Assembly (NCBI GenBank): GCA_963776345.1
Contig: CAVZMH010000015.1
Coordinates: forward strand, 544,001-608,000
Origin: an uncultured delta proteobacterium
GTDB lineage: Bacteria > Myxococcota > Myxococcia > Myxococcales > Myxococcaceae
Direction: 5' to 3'
DNA: 64,000 nucleotides
Shown one piece after another: positions 11,115 through 22,709 of this stretch. A program made the translations under genes and the position numbers. Below the pieces are notes generated by a model. That model was not told where the DNA came from. It saw only the letters and a list, made by a program, of their open reading frames with translations, and ran no database searches. The first letter of the stretch is position 1; every line of letters begins with the position of its first letter.

Positions 11115-11599
11115 CAGCGCTTCTTTCCGACCTCCGCCATCCGGGCGTACAGGTTGACCATCTCCAGGCAGGCCATCGCGGCGTCCGCCCCCTTGTTGCC
11201 GGCCTTCACCCCGGCGCGGTCCACCGCCTGCTCCACGGTGTCGCAGGTGAGCACGCCGAAGCTGACGGCGCACGACGCGCTCAGGGCGATCTGTCCGATG
11301 CCCTTGCTCACCTCGCCGGCCACGTACTCGAAGTGTGGCGTCCCGCCGCGGATGACGCAGCCCAGGGCGACGACCCCTGCGTAGTGCCCGCCCTCGGCGA
11401 CCCGGCGGACCAGGCCCGGGAGCTCGAACGTCCCCGGCACCCGGAAGACGTCGATGTCGCCGTCCGCCACGCCGTGCCGCACCAGCGCGTCCTGAGCGCC
11501 GTGGAGCAGCTGCTCGGTGATGAAGCTGTTGAAGCGCGACACGCAGAGCGCGAAGCGCCCCTGCGGCGTCGTGAGAAGGCCCTCGATCACCCGTGCCAT
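11114..11599 (-). CDS. ribH: Lumazine synthase
   Basis: [30 protein letters not shown]. Confidence 0.96.
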   Translation of the reverse strand: MARVIEGLLTTPQGRFALCVSRFNSFITEQLLHGAQDALVRHGVADGDIDVFRVPGTFELPGLVRRVAEGGHYAGVVALGCVIRGGTPHFEYVAGEVSKGIGQIALSASCAVSFGVLTCDTVEQAVDRAGVKAGNKGADAAMACLEMVNLYARMAEVGKKR

Positions 11600-11605
11600 G
11601 TCAGT

Positions 11606-12760
11606 TCACTGTCCCTGGCGCCGCGAACGAGGACGCGTGAGGGGAATCTGCTCCACCACCTCGAGAGTGTAGCTCTCCAGGCCTACGATCTTCTTGGGAT
11701 TGTTGGTCAACAGGCGCAGGCGGCGCAGGCCCAGGTCCTTGAGGATCTGCGCACCCACACCGAACTCGCGGAGCCGGCTCCGGTCGCCCCCCGGCCCGGC
11801 CTCCTCCGCCTCCTGGCGGGTGCAGGCCAGGGCGGACGAGGGGCGCACGGCCTTGTGGAGGTAGACCAGGACCCCCCGGCCGGCGTCGGCGATGGCCTTG
11901 AAGGCCTGGTCCAGCTGGCTGCCGCAGTCGCACCCCGCGCTGCCGAGGAGGTCGCCCACCGGACAGGCGCGGTGCACCCGGGTGAGCACCGGCAGCGGCC
12001 CGGTGATGTCGCCCTTCACCATCGCGATGTGAACGTCGGAGTCCACGTCGCTCTGGTAGGCGTGGGCCATCCAGGTGCCCTGCTGGGGCCGGCGAAGCTC
12101 GCCGCTGGCCACGCGCTTCACCAGCCGGTCGTTCTGGAGCCGGTACCGGATGAGGTCGGCGACGCTGAGCAGGGTGAGTCCGTGCCGGCGGCCGAAGCGC
12201 TGCAGCTCGGGGCGGCGGGCCATCGTCCCGTCGGCGTTCATCACCTCGCAGATGACGCCCGCGGGGAACAGGCCGGCGAGGCGCGCCAGGTCGACCGAGC
12301 CCTCGGTCTGTCCGGTCCGGACCAGCACCCCGCCCGAGCGCGCGCGGAGGGGGAAGACGTGCCCCGGCCGGACGAGGTCGCCCGGCTTCGCCTTCGGCGC
12401 GACGGCGGCGAGGATGGTGCGCGCCCGGTCGGCGGCGGAGATGCCGGTGGTGACCCCGCGAGCCGCCTCGATGGAGACGGTGAAGGCCGTCCCGAAGGGC
12501 GAGGTGTTGTCCTGCACCATCAGCGGGAGCGCCAGCTGGCGAATGCGATCCTCGGTCAAGGACAGGCAGATGAGCCCGCGCCCGTGCATGGCCATGAAGT
12601 TGATCGCCGTCGGCGTCACCCTCTCCGCGGCCATCACGAGGTCGCCCTCGTTCTCGCGGTCCTCGTCGTCGGTGAGGATGACCATCCGCCCCTTGCGGAT
12701 GTCGCCGATGGCCCGCTCGACCAGGCCGATGCTCCCCACCTCTTCCAGCCGCCGTGCCAT
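11606..12760 (-). CDS. ribB: DHBP synthase fused to a degenerate GTP cyclohydrolase II-like domain (RibBX-type)
   Basis: [19 protein letters not shown] and GQTEGSVDL motifs intact; GCH II part lacks the QEGRGIG and DTVEAN segments. Confidence 0.9.
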   Translation of the reverse strand: MARRLEEVGSIGLVERAIGDIRKGRMVILTDDEDRENEGDLVMAAERVTPTAINFMAMHGRGLICLSLTEDRIRQLALPLMVQDNTSPFGTAFTVSIEAARGVTTGISAADRARTILAAVAPKAKPGDLVRPGHVFPLRARSGGVLVRTGQTEGSVDLARLAGLFPAGVICEVMNADGTMARRPELQRFGRRHGLTLLSVADLIRYRLQNDRLVKRVASGELRRPQQGTWMAHAYQSDVDSDVHIAMVKGDITGPLPVLTRVHRACPVGDLLGSAGCDCGSQLDQAFKAIADAGRGVLVYLHKAVRPSSALACTRQEAEEAGPGGDRSRLREFGVGAQILKDLGLRRLRLLTNNPKKIVGLESYTLEVVEQIPLTRPRSRRQGQ

Positions 12761-13410
12761 CAGTCCACTCCGAAGCCGGCCAGCCGGAGCATGTCCATCG
12801 TCAGGCCGCCAGACCGGGCGGGGGCGTGGGCCGCGTGGAGCCGGGCGACGTACTTCCCGATGACGTCGGCCTCGACGTTGTAACGCTCGCCGATGGCGCG
12901 GTCGGCGAGCGTGGTCCTCCCTTGCGTCTCGGGAATCAGCTGCACGCCGAAGCGGTCGTCGCCCACCGTGTTGACGGTGAGGCTGACACCGTCCAGCGTG
13001 ACGGAGCCCTTCTCGATGAACAGCGGGGCGAGCTCCGGGGTGAGGCCGATCTCCAGCACCAGCGAGCCGCCCTCGTGCGCCCTGCTCAGGAGCGGCAGCA
13101 CCCCGTCGACGTGGCCGAGCACCAGATGGCCCCCCAGCCGGTCGGACAGGCGAAGCGCCCGCTCGAGATTGACCCTCGACCCGGCGCGCAGCTCGCCCAG
13201 GGTGGTGCGGCGGAGGGTTTCGGGGGCGGCGTCGACCCGGAACTCGTCGCGTGCGCGCTCCACCACGGTGAGGCAGGCCCCGGAGACGGCGATCGACTCC
13301 CCGGGCGCGAACTCGCTTGCCCCCAGGGCAGTCCGGATCCAGAGGACGGTCATGGGGCCCGGGAGAACGCGCTCCACGGTGCCCACGTCCTGCACCAGGC
13401 CAGTGAACAT
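12760..13410 (-). CDS. ribE: Riboflavin synthase (alpha)
   Basis: [10 protein letters not shown] start, [18 protein letters not shown]. Confidence 0.95.
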   Translation of the reverse strand: MFTGLVQDVGTVERVLPGPMTVLWIRTALGASEFAPGESIAVSGACLTVVERARDEFRVDAAPETLRRTTLGELRAGSRVNLERALRLSDRLGGHLVLGHVDGVLPLLSRAHEGGSLVLEIGLTPELAPLFIEKGSVTLDGVSLTVNTVGDDRFGVQLIPETQGRTTLADRAIGERYNVEADVIGKYVARLHAAHAPARSGGLTMDMLRLAGFGVD

Positions 13411-13450
13411 GGTCGGCCGTCGCTTATAAGGCCCTCCGAGCAAACCCGCC

Positions 13451-15370
13451 ATGACCGACACCGCCCCCGAGACCCTCCTCGCCGACACCCGCGCCGCCCT
13501 GGCCACCGCCCGCTCCGAGCTGGACACCCTCCTGGGGGTGACGGGACGTCGCACCGAGGCCGACACGCTGGTGCCCTACCAGCGCCTGCAGCTGGCGCTG
13601 TCGAACGCGGGGCACCGGGCGGGGCTCCTGTCCGAGGTGCATCCGGACAAGCCGCTGCGCGACGCTGCCGAGACCGCGGTGCAGGAGATCAGCGCCTACG
13701 CCACGGAGCTGTCGCTCCACCGCGGGCTGTACGAGGCGCTGGCCTCGGTGGCGATGGACGGGCTCGCGCCGGACACGCGGCGGCTCCTCGAGCACACGCT
13801 CCGCGACTTCCGCCGGGCGGGCGTGGACAAGGACGAGCCGACGCGGGCGCGGTTGAAGGAGCTCGCCGACAAGGCGGTGCGGCTGGGCCAGGACTTCGAC
13901 CGGGCCATCCGCGAGGACGTGCGGAGCGTGTCGCTGCGGCCCGAGCAGCTCGCGGGGCTCCCCGAGGACTACCGTGCGTCGCACCAGCCGGGCCCGGACG
14001 GGAAGGTGCGCATCACGACCGACTACCCGGACATTCTCCCCTTCCGGACCTATGCGCACGACGGCGAGGCGCGGCGGCAGCTGTACGTCGAGAACACGTC
14101 GCGGGCGTACCCCGGGAACGAGAAGGTGCTGCGGGAGATCCTCGAGGGGCGGGCCGAGCAGGCGCGGCTCCTCGGCATGGCGTCCTGGGCGGACTACGTG
14201 ACCGAGGACAAGATGTCGAAGTCCGGCAAGACGGTGGCCGAGTTCCTGGCCCGGGTGGCGGCGGTGAGCGAGGGGCCGGCGAAGCGCGACGTGGAGCGGC
14301 TGCTCCGGCGCAAGCAGAAGGACGTGCCCTCCGCGACGCGGGTCGAGGACTGGGAGAAGTCCTACTACGAGGAGCGGGTGAAGCAGGAGGAGCTCGACTT
14401 CGACTCGCAGTCGGTCCGGCCCTACTTCGAGTTCAACCGGGTGCGGGATGGCCTGCTGACCATCACCTCGCGGCTCTTCGGCATCCGGTACGTCCCGGCG
14501 AAGAACTCCGCGTCGTGGCATCCGAAGGTCGAGTCGTACGACGTGTTCCGCGGGGACGAGCGTCTGGGGCGCATCCACCTCGACCTCCATCCGCGGGCGG
14601 ACAAGTACAAGCACGCGGCGCAGTTCCCGATCGTCTCCGGCGTGACGGGGGTGCAGCTCCCCGAGGGCGCGCTGGTCTGCAACTTCGCCGACCCGGCGGT
14701 CCACAGCCCGGCGCTGCTCGACCACGACGACGTGGTGACACTGTTCCACGAGTTCGGGCACCTGATGCACCACGTGCTCGGCGGCCGGCAGAAGTGGCTC
14801 GGCTTCTCGGGCGTGGCCACCGAGTGGGACTTCGTGGAGGCCCCGAGCCAGATGCTCGAGGAGTGGGCCTGGGACCCGGGGACGCTGGCTCTCTTCGCCC
14901 GGCACATCGAGACGAACGAGGCCATCCCGGCCGAGCTGGTCCACCGGATGCGCGAGGCGAACGAGTTCGGGAAGGGTACGCACACCCGGCATCAAGTCTT
15001 CTACGCGCAGCTCTCGCTCGCACTGCACACGCAGCCGCCGGCGGAGGTCGACATCACGGCGACGATGGTGGAGCTGCAGAAGCGCTACAGCCCGTTCCCC
15101 TACGTCGAGGGCACGCACTTCTTCGCCAGCTTCGGGCACCTCAACGGGTACTCGGCGATGTATTACACGTATTTGTGGTCACTGGTGATCGCCAAGGACC
15201 TGCTCGGCGAGTTCCAGCGGCACGGGCTGCTCGACGAAGCGACGGCGAGCCGCTACCGCGACACGGTGCTGGTCCCGGGCGGCAGCAAGGACGCCGCCGA
15301 TCTGGTGAAGGACTTCCTCGGTCGGCCGTACGGCTTCGAGGCGTTCCAGGCGTGGCTGGAACGCAGCTGA
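13451..15370 (+). CDS. M3 family (thimet-like) zinc oligopeptidase
   Basis: TLFHEFGHLMH zinc motif, DFVEAPSQMLEEW, FGHLNGYSAMYY. Confidence 0.92.
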   Translation: MTDTAPETLLADTRAALATARSELDTLLGVTGRRTEADTLVPYQRLQLALSNAGHRAGLLSEVHPDKPLRDAAETAVQEISAYATELSLHRGLYEALASVAMDGLAPDTRRLLEHTLRDFRRAGVDKDEPTRARLKELADKAVRLGQDFDRAIREDVRSVSLRPEQLAGLPEDYRASHQPGPDGKVRITTDYPDILPFRTYAHDGEARRQLYVENTSRAYPGNEKVLREILEGRAEQARLLGMASWADYVTEDKMSKSGKTVAEFLARVAAVSEGPAKRDVERLLRRKQKDVPSATRVEDWEKSYYEERVKQEELDFDSQSVRPYFEFNRVRDGLLTITSRLFGIRYVPAKNSASWHPKVESYDVFRGDERLGRIHLDLHPRADKYKHAAQFPIVSGVTGVQLPEGALVCNFADPAVHSPALLDHDDVVTLFHEFGHLMHHVLGGRQKWLGFSGVATEWDFVEAPSQMLEEWAWDPGTLALFARHIETNEAIPAELVHRMREANEFGKGTHTRHQVFYAQLSLALHTQPPAEVDITATMVELQKRYSPFPYVEGTHFFASFGHLNGYSAMYYTYLWSLVIAKDLLGEFQRHGLLDEATASRYRDTVLVPGGSKDAADLVKDFLGRPYGFEAFQAWLERS

Positions 15371-15481
15371 GACTCCGTCACTCGCCAGTCGGCGCAGCGG
15401 TACCCGAGGACACTATTCCGCAGGACCCAGCGGCCTCCACCAAAGTGTCGGCAGTCGTGCCGATCACTGGCCCGCCGACTC

Positions 15482-17483
15482 TCAGGCTCGGACGTCGATC
15501 CGATTGTCGTAGAAGGTGCTGCCGCCGCCCGAGTCCGTCAGCCGCTGCGAGGTCAGCCCGTTCACGTTGCGCGCGTTGCCCGCCTGGATGGAGTGAACGC
15601 CCTCGGCGATGGCGACCCCCGGCGGTACGGCGTCGGTCACCTCGAGCAGGAAGCACACCTCGCCGAGCGCGTTGAACGCCGTGACCCGCTGTCCCGCGGC
15701 GAGACCTCGCGGCGGCCGCGTCGGCGGGTGAGAGCCGGAGCGTCTGTGCGCCGAGCTTTGCCGCGAGCTCCGCGCGCTCGGTGAAGGATGAGTTCAGACG
15801 ATAGAGCGCCGGCGCCGTCTGCAGCCGAATGGCAGCCCTGCTGCTCCAGATCGGCGTGCGTCGGCCGGTGCCGGGGGAGCGGCTCCTTCGAGACGTTCGT
15901 TCCGCAGCTCGATCTTTCCGGATGGCGTGAGCCACGCCCCGCGCGGGGGATACAGCCGAACCGCGCGGCCGGCATCCAGCGCCTCCCGGTCCAGCCCCTC
16001 GAGCCAGGGTGAGGAGACGGCGAGGATCGCGTCGATGTGCTCGTCCGCCGACCGCGAGAAGACCTCGTCCTTGAGCCCAAGCGCCTGGGCCAGGGTCTGG
16101 ATGGTCTCCCAGTTCGGCGGGACTCTCCCGAGCGGAGGAATCACCGGCCTCGTCCGCTGGATGAAGAACTGGCCGTAGCTCCGGTAGAGGTCTGCCGTCT
16201 CCAGCATCGTCGGCGCCGGAAGCACCACGTCTGCGTAGAGCGCGGTGTCGGTGAGGAACCGCTCGTGGACCACGGTGAAGAGGTCCTCACGCGACGAGCC
16301 CCTTGAGCACCGCGTTCTGATCCGGACACACCGCCGCCGGATTCGAGTTCGCCACGAACAGCGCCATCACCCTCGGGCGGTCGAGCTCGTTCAGCGCGTG
16401 GCCCAGCCGGTTCATGTTCACCGTTCGCGTCGGCCCGGGTAGCAGATCTGGCCGGGTGAACGAGCTGAGGTCGAAGGCGTCCTGGCTCCCGGTGCTGGCC
16501 AGGAATCCTCCACCCTTCTCGGCCCAGGCGCCGACGGCCGCGGGGAGGCAGATCAGCGCCCGGGTGGAGATCGCGCTGTTGCCGTAGCGCGACAGGCCAC
16601 CGCCCACCCGGATGAACGGTGCCCGAGCCTGACCGTAGGCTCTGGCCAGGACGAGCACTGTCCTCGACGGAGAGACCGGTGAGCCGGGCCACCGCGTCCG
16701 GCGCGTACCCGGGCAGGACCTCGCGCTCCAGCTCGCCCCAGCCCACGGTGTTCGCTCGAGGAATGCGCGGTCGAGGAGATTCTCCCGGGCGAGCACGTGG
16801 ATCATCCCGAGCGCGAGCGCGCCGTCCGACCCCGGCCGGACGAGGAAGACCCGGTCCACGTGCGGCCGCCGTCGGCTGTCGGTGCGTGTCGATGAGGAAG
16901 GCGCGGCCGCCGGCGCGGCGCGCCGCCTTCACCTGCGAGAGGAAGTGGATGTTGGTGGCGAGCGCGTTGATGCCCCAGAGCACCACCAGGTCACTCTGCG
17001 CGGCCTCGTCGGGATCCGAGCCCGGCGTCTTGCCCATCACCTGCGCCCAGCCTGCGTTCTGGGCCGGCGTGCAGATGGTGCGGTCGAGCAGCGAGGCGCC
17101 GAGCCGTGGAACAGCGGCTCCTGCGCGTTGCGCTGGATGAGCCCATCGTGCCCGCGTAGGTGAACGGGAGGATGCACTCGCGGCCGTGCGCGGCGATGAG
17201 CGCCCGCCAGCGGTCGGCGATCGAGCGCCGCCGCCTCGTCCCAGGACGCCCGGCGGAACGCTCCCTTCCCCTTCGGGCCGGAGCGCACGAGCGGAGTCAG
17301 GAACCGACCCGGCGCGTGCACCGTCTTCTCGTACCCGTTCACCTTCGGGCACAGCGTGCCGCGGGTGTAGCCGTGCTCCGAGTCACCCCGGACCGATCGG
17401 ACGTTCAGCCCGTCCGTCTCCACCACCAGGCCGCAGGCGTCGGGGCAGTCGTAGGGGCAGGTCGATCGCTGAGTGCGAACCAT
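15482..17483 (-). pseudogene. Molybdopterin-dependent oxidoreductase (DMSO-reductase superfamily), many frameshifts
   Basis: CPYDCPDAC...LCPK Fe-S motif, LDRTIC, NSNPAAVCPDQN, TDTALYADVVLPA, C-terminal FYDNRIDVRA*; spread over at least 6 frame segments. Confidence 0.8.
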
Positions 17484-17586
17484 CGTGTCTCGAAGCGTGC
17501 CCGAGACACCGCGCGGCCGCCACTGACAGCGGCCCCGCCGCAGGACGAGCACAGGCCTGGCTGGGGCCGGGGTCAGCGCCGACGCT

Positions 17587-18016
17587 TCAGTGCTTCGGTT
17601 CCGCGGGGCGCAGGTCCTCGTAGCCGCCGCCCGAGAGGACGGTGACGTCCGTCCAGCCCTCGGCGACGAGGAACTGGGCGGCCCTCCCCGCCCTGTTTCC
17701 GGTCGCGCAGTAGAGGAGCACCGGCCGGTCCTTGGGAAGCTTGCCGTGCTCGCGCGCGAAGACGCCGCTCGTGTAGGGCATCAGCTCAGCACCCTGCAGG
17801 TACCCCGCTGCGGTCTCGGTCGGCTCGCGCACGTCGAGGAGCGTGAAGCTTCCCCGCGGTGCGCGCCTTCTCCAGCGCGGCCTTGAACTCCGCCGGCTCG
17901 AGCTTCCGGATCGGAGCCGCCGAGCCGGCCTTCGACCCCGCATCCGGCGCATCCTTCGCCCACGCCGGTGCGGCGACGCCGATTCCGAGGAGCAGACCCA
18001 TCCAGCGCACGCGCAT
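17587..18016 (-). CDS. Secreted rhodanese-domain protein (one frameshift near 17845)
   Basis: Signal peptide MRVRWMGLLLGIGVAAPAWA; LLDVREP and LLYCATGNRA rhodanese motifs in the second frame. Confidence 0.75.
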
Positions 18017-18546
18017 CAGTACGCCTCCACCACGAACGAGGTCTGCTTCACCACCGTCGACCCGGCCGAGTCCTCCAGCCGGAGCGCGACCGCGTACCGC
18101 CCGGGCGGGACGCCCGCCGCGGCCTGCACCTGCGAGGTGCACATGCAACCCTCGCCGCACGGCGTGCCCTCCACCGCCTCGAAGAAGTTCACCTGCCCCG
18201 CCGCGCGCTGCACGTAGATCTTCGCCTTGGTGCAGCAGGCGTGGGTCAGGTTGTGCGCGACCCAGACCCCGGCCGGCTGCATCCCGAGCTGCACCTCGGT
18301 CGCCGACGGCGCGCGGCTCCCCTGCACCATCGGCGGCCAGCTCGCGGCGTCCTGCTCGGAGGGGCTCGTCGACTCCGAGCAGCCGGTCACCTTCGCCATG
18401 GACTGCTCCGGACCGAGCGGGGGCGGAGGCGGCAGAGCCGGGGGCGGCGGGAGCTGCTGCTGGCCCTCGGAGCCGGGGACGTACTTCGCCGACTTCTCGC
18501 TGGAACACGCCACGGCGAGCAGGAGCAGCGGGAGCAGAAGACGCAT
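18016..18546 (-). CDS. Hypothetical lipoprotein, Cys-rich
   Basis: Lipobox MRLLLPLLLLAVAC; HACC and CGEGCMC motifs; coupled to the rhodanese gene. Confidence 0.7.
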   Translation of the reverse strand: MRLLLPLLLLAVACSSEKSAKYVPGSEGQQQLPPPPALPPPPPLGPEQSMAKVTGCSESTSPSEQDAASWPPMVQGSRAPSATEVQLGMQPAGVWVAHNLTHACCTKAKIYVQRAAGQVNFFEAVEGTPCGEGCMCTSQVQAAAGVPPGRYAVALRLEDSAGSTVVKQTSFVVEAY

Positions 18547-18697
18547 GGGGCGAGAACTCTCCGACATGAGCGGATGGGGGTCCATGTGGGTCCTTCCAGG
18601 CCAGCGTAACCGGTGGGAGTCCAACGCAGGGAGCCCCCGGAACCTTCACCGGTGAATGCGCATCCAATCGGCACGTCCGTTGCGTAGGAGCTTCGAC

Positions 18698-18865
18698 ATG
18701 CACCGCACCCATCTCTGCAGCCACTGCCTCCGCCGCCGGGTTCTCCTCTGGGCGAGCGCGTTCTTCGTGACCGTGGGGGCCGTCGGCGCCCTCGGCTCCG
18801 CCGGGTCAGCCGAAGCCGCCAGGGGTCAAACCACCCCGGCGCCGGTCCAGACCGCGTCCCGCTAG
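18698..18865 (+). CDS. Small (55 aa) membrane/secreted protein with CxxC
   Basis: AGGAG RBS about 7 nt upstream; MHRTHLCSHCLRRRVLLWASAFFVTVGAVGALG... Confidence 0.5.
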   Translation: MHRTHLCSHCLRRRVLLWASAFFVTVGAVGALGSAGSAEAARGQTTPAPVQTASR

Positions 18866-20031
18866 GCGGGACCGAGCAGGGCACGGACCTCCAGGTCCTC
18901 GCCCAGCGGCCGGACCGACTCGACCCTCACCGGACGGGCCCCGGCCATCCGATCCAGCCCCAGCGGACCGAGCCAGGACGTCCCGTCGCCGCCCACCAGC
19001 TTGGGCGCCAGGTGCAGCACCAGCGCATCCGCCAGCCCCGCCCGGATGAACGCCGAGAACACCGTGGGGCCCCCCTCCACCAGCACGTGCAGCACGTCGC
19101 GCCGGAGCAGCGCGCGAAGCATCGCCTCGAGGTCGACCCTCCCCGGCTGGCCCGGAACGGCCAGGAGGTCGGCCCCGGTGGCGGCGAGGGCCCCGGCGCG
19201 CTCCCCGCCCTGCCCGTCCACGTGGACCAGCAGGGTGCGCGCGGTCGACTCGAGGTTGAAGAGCCGCCGGTCCGGCGGAAGCCGGAGCGCCGAATCCAGC
19301 ACCACGCGGAGCGCGTCTCGCCCCCCGCCCTCCGGCAGCCGGGTGGTCAGCGCCGGGTCGTCGGTCCGGACCGTGCCCGCTCCCACCAGGATGGCGTCCA
19401 CCTCGTTCCGGAGCCGGTGCACCTCGGCGCGCGCCGCCTCGCCGGTCACCCAGCGGCTGTCGCCGGAGGCGGTGGCGAGCTTTCCGTCGAGCGACACCGC
19501 GGCCTTCAAGGTCACCCAGGGCAGGCCGGAGCGCATCGCCTTGAAGAAGGGCCGGTTCAGCGCATCGGTCTCGGCCACGAGCACGCCGGTCCACACCGGC
19601 ATCCCCAGCCTGCGCAGCCGCCGCACGCCGCGGCCGTCGACCAGCGGATTCGGGTCCTCCGAGCCGGCGAACACCCGCGCCACCCCCGCCGCCAGGATGG
19701 CCTCGGTGCATGGCGGCGTCCGTCCGAAGTGGTCGCACGGCTCGAGCGTGGTGAAGAGGTCCGCCCCGCGCGCCCGCGGCCCGGCGTCGGCGATGGCCCG
19801 CACCTCGGCGTGGGGTCCGCCCGCCGGCGCGGTGTGACCCCGGCCGACGATCTGCCCGCCCTGCACCACCACCGCGCCCACCGCGGGGTTGGGGTGGGTG
19901 CGTCCCACCGCGCGGCGCGCCTCGGCGATCGCCTCGCGCATCCAGGCCTCGGCCCCGGCGGGGAGCTCCTCGCCGCCTTCAGTCTTCGAGGCGCCCGCGG
20001 GGTCTCCGCGCGGCGTCGGCGCCGTGGTCAT
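18862..20031 (-). CDS. ribD: Riboflavin deaminase/reductase RibD
   Basis: [34 protein letters not shown]. Confidence 0.95.
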   Translation of the reverse strand: MTTAPTPRGDPAGASKTEGGEELPAGAEAWMREAIAEARRAVGRTHPNPAVGAVVVQGGQIVGRGHTAPAGGPHAEVRAIADAGPRARGADLFTTLEPCDHFGRTPPCTEAILAAGVARVFAGSEDPNPLVDGRGVRRLRRLGMPVWTGVLVAETDALNRPFFKAMRSGLPWVTLKAAVSLDGKLATASGDSRWVTGEAARAEVHRLRNEVDAILVGAGTVRTDDPALTTRLPEGGGRDALRVVLDSALRLPPDRRLFNLESTARTLLVHVDGQGGERAGALAATGADLLAVPGQPGRVDLEAMLRALLRRDVLHVLVEGGPTVFSAFIRAGLADALVLHLAPKLVGGDGTSWLGPLGLDRMAGARPVRVESVRPLGEDLEVRALLGPA

Positions 20032-20476
20032 CGAGTAGGCCCTTCAGCTCGTCCATGAACTCCTCGATGTCCCGGAAGCTCCGGTACACCGATGCGAACC
20101 GGACGTACGCCACCTGGTCGAGCGCACGCAACCGGCGCATCACCTCCTCGCCGATGAGGCTGGAGGAGACCTCCTTCTCCCCGCGCTCGAGGAGCCGCGA
20201 CTCCACCTCGGCCACCAGCGCCTCCAGCTGGTCCATCGACACCGGCCGCTTCTCCACCGCCTTCTGCAGGCCGGAGATGAGCTTCTCCCGGTCGTACGGC
20301 TCGCGCCGCCCGTCCTTCTTCACCACCAGCGGCATCAGCTCCTCGACCCGCTCGTAGGTGGTGAAGCGCTTGCGGCAGCCGAGGCACTCCCGCCGCCGCC
20401 GGGTCACCGTCCCCTCCGCCGACTCGCGCGAGTCGAGGACCTTGCTGTCGTCGCGCTTGCAGAAGGGACAGCGCAT
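19979..20476 (-). CDS. nrdR: Transcriptional repressor NrdR
   Basis: MRCPFC...[22 protein letters not shown]. Confidence 0.96.
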   Translation of the reverse strand: MRCPFCKRDDSKVLDSRESAEGTVTRRRRECLGCRKRFTTYERVEELMPLVVKKDGRREPYDREKLISGLQKAVEKRPVSMDQLEALVAEVESRLLERGEKEVSSSLIGEEVMRRLRALDQVAYVRFASVYRSFRDIEEFMDELKGLLDDHGADAARRPRGRLED

Positions 20477-21736
20477 TCAGCTCCGGAGGCGCGAGGCGTA
20501 GAGCGGGAAGCTCCGCGCCAGCTCGTGCACCTTGCCCGCCACCCGCGACAGGGCGGCGTCGTCGGCCGCGTGGTCCAGCGCCTCGACGATCAGCCCGCCC
20601 ACCGTGGCCATCTCCGCCTCCTTCATCCCGCGGGTGGTGAGCGCCGGGGTGCCGATGCGGATGCCGGAGGTGACCATCGGCTTCTCCGGGTCGAAGGCGA
20701 TCATGTTCTTGTTGACGGTGATCGCCGCCTTCCCCAGGACGGCCTCGGCCACCTTCCCGGTCAGCTTCTTCGGCCGCAGGTCCACCAGCATCAGGTGGGT
20801 GTCCGTGCCGCCGGAGACCAGGCGCAGCCCGCCCCGCTGCAGCGCCTCGGCCAGGGCCTTGGCGTTGGCGACGATCTGCCGCTGGTAGGCGGCGAACTCC
20901 GGCTGCAGCGCCTCGTGGAGGGCGACGGCCTTGCCGGCGATGACGTGCATCAGGGGGCCGCCCTGGATGCCGGGGAAGATGTTGCTGTTCACCGCCTTGG
21001 CGAACGGCTCCTTGGAGAGGACCAGCCCTCCGCGCGGCCCGCGCAGCGTCTTGTGGGTGGTGGTCGTCACCAGCTCGGCGAGCGGGACCGGCGAGGGGTG
21101 GATCCCCGCGGCCACCAGCCCTGCGATGTGCGCCATGTCGACGACCAGCACCGCGCCGACGCTGTCGGCGATCTCCCGGAACGCTGCGAACTCCAGGACT
21201 CGTGGATACGCCGAGGCGCCGACGACGATGATCTTCGGCCGGTGCTCGCGGGCCAGCGACTGCACCTGCCCGAGGTCGATGCGCTCGGTGGCGCGGTCCA
21301 GGCCGTAGTGGACGATCTTGTAGAGCTTCCCGGAGAAGTTCAGCGCCATCCCGTGCGTCAGGTGCCCGCCCGAGTTGAGGTCCAGGCTGAGCATCGTGTC
21401 CCCGGGCTGCACCACGGACATGTACGCGGCCATGTTGGCCTGGCTGCCCGAGTGGGGCTGCACGTTGGCCGCCTCGGCGCCGAAGAGCTTCTTCGCCCGC
21501 TCGATGGCCAGGGACTCCACCTGGTCCACCACCTCGCAGCCGCCGTAGTAGCGCTTCCCGGGGTACCCCTCGGCGTACTTGTTGGTCAGGGTGGAGCCGA
21601 CGGCCTCCATCACCGCCGGGCTGACGAAGTTCTCGGAGGCGATGAGCTCGAGCCCCTCCTCCTGGCGCTCGGTCTCCTTCCGGACCAGGGAGGCGATGTC
21701 CGGGTCCACCTGGGCGAGGGTGCGGGTGTTCTCCAT
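20477..21736 (-). CDS. glyA: Serine hydroxymethyltransferase
   Basis: [34 protein letters not shown]. Confidence 0.97.
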   Translation of the reverse strand: MENTRTLAQVDPDIASLVRKETERQEEGLELIASENFVSPAVMEAVGSTLTNKYAEGYPGKRYYGGCEVVDQVESLAIERAKKLFGAEAANVQPHSGSQANMAAYMSVVQPGDTMLSLDLNSGGHLTHGMALNFSGKLYKIVHYGLDRATERIDLGQVQSLAREHRPKIIVVGASAYPRVLEFAAFREIADSVGAVLVVDMAHIAGLVAAGIHPSPVPLAELVTTTTHKTLRGPRGGLVLSKEPFAKAVNSNIFPGIQGGPLMHVIAGKAVALHEALQPEFAAYQRQIVANAKALAEALQRGGLRLVSGGTDTHLMLVDLRPKKLTGKVAEAVLGKAAITVNKNMIAFDPEKPMVTSGIRIGTPALTTRGMKEAEMATVGGLIVEALDHAADDAALSRVAGKVHELARSFPLYASRLRS

Positions 21737-21835
21737 GGCCGGCCTCATAGCAGAGGCCCCGGACGGCCGCCGCACCCCGCGGTGGAGCAAGGGCGCTTCG
21801 CGGGGGGGCGCCGGGGATGCGAGACTCCCGGGCCC

Positions 21836-22708
21836 GTGGACGACCAGGACCCCGAGCTGGCGCGCATCCGACAGGCCATCGAGTCGCTGGACCGCTCGCT
21901 CCTGGCGCTCCTCCGCGAGCGGCAGCAGCTCGGCCAGCAGGCCGCCCGGGCGAAGATCGCCGCAGCGGTCCCTCTGCGCGACCCGTTCCGCGAGGCGGTG
22001 GTGCTTCGCCGGGCGCGCGAGACGGCCACCGAGCTCGGGCTCGACGCGCACCAGTCGGAGCGGCTGTACCGGCTGATCATCGACATGTCCGTCTCCCAGC
22101 AGCAGACCCATCTGCTCGAGCTGGAGACGGTGCCGCTGCGGGTCGCCTTCCAGGGCGTGGAGGGGAGCCCGGGCCAGCTCGCGGCGCAGGCGCGCTACGG
22201 CGGCCGGCGTGGGGGCGCGCTGCTCGAGGGCCATCCCACGCTCGGCGAGGCGGTGGAAGCGGTGCGCTCGGGGCGGGCCGACGTGGCGCTCCTTCCCCTG
22301 GAGAGCACCGAGGAAGGCTCGACCCGGACGATGGACCTCCTGGCCGGGGCGGGCCTGGTGATCAGCGGCGAGCAGGTGCAGCGCGATGGAGAGCACTACA
22401 CCCGCTACGTCGAGCTGGGCCGCGAGCCGCCCGCGGTGCCCGAGGACGTGCCGTGCAAGACCTCGGTGATCCTCACGCTCGCCGACCGCGCGGGTGCGCT
22501 GGGCGAGGTGCTCCAGTCGTTCGCCAGGCACGGGGTGAACCTCACCCGCATCGAGTCGCGCCCGGTGCCGGGAACCCCGCCGCGGTTCCGCTTCTTCATC
22601 GACATGGAGGGTCACGCCGCCGGGCAGCGCGTCTCACGCGCGCTCGAGGAGGCGCGGGCGCACGGGGAGATCCGGGTGGTCGGTTCCTATCCAGCGTCCC
22701 GAGGGTGA
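21836..22708 (+). CDS. pheA: Chorismate mutase - truncated prephenate dehydratase - ACT fusion
   Basis: AroQ domain ([16 protein letters not shown]...RDPFRE), PDT N-subdomain (VAFQGVEG), ACT domain with LTRIESRP; central PDT subdomain absent. Confidence 0.8.
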   Translation: MDDQDPELARIRQAIESLDRSLLALLRERQQLGQQAARAKIAAAVPLRDPFREAVVLRRARETATELGLDAHQSERLYRLIIDMSVSQQQTHLLELETVPLRVAFQGVEGSPGQLAAQARYGGRRGGALLEGHPTLGEAVEAVRSGRADVALLPLESTEEGSTRTMDLLAGAGLVISGEQVQRDGEHYTRYVELGREPPAVPEDVPCKTSVILTLADRAGALGEVLQSFARHGVNLTRIESRPVPGTPPRFRFFIDMEGHAAGQRVSRALEEARAHGEIRVVGSYPASRG

Positions 22709-22709
22709 G

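Noticed and set aside
13411..13450. FMN riboswitch upstream of the rib genes
   Set aside because: The spacer is only 40 bp and no RFN consensus is visible here or before ribD/nrdR
15387..15480. AGTCGGCG...CGCCGACT inverted ends suggesting a MITE
   Set aside because: Only 8 bp, no target duplication and no second copy in the window
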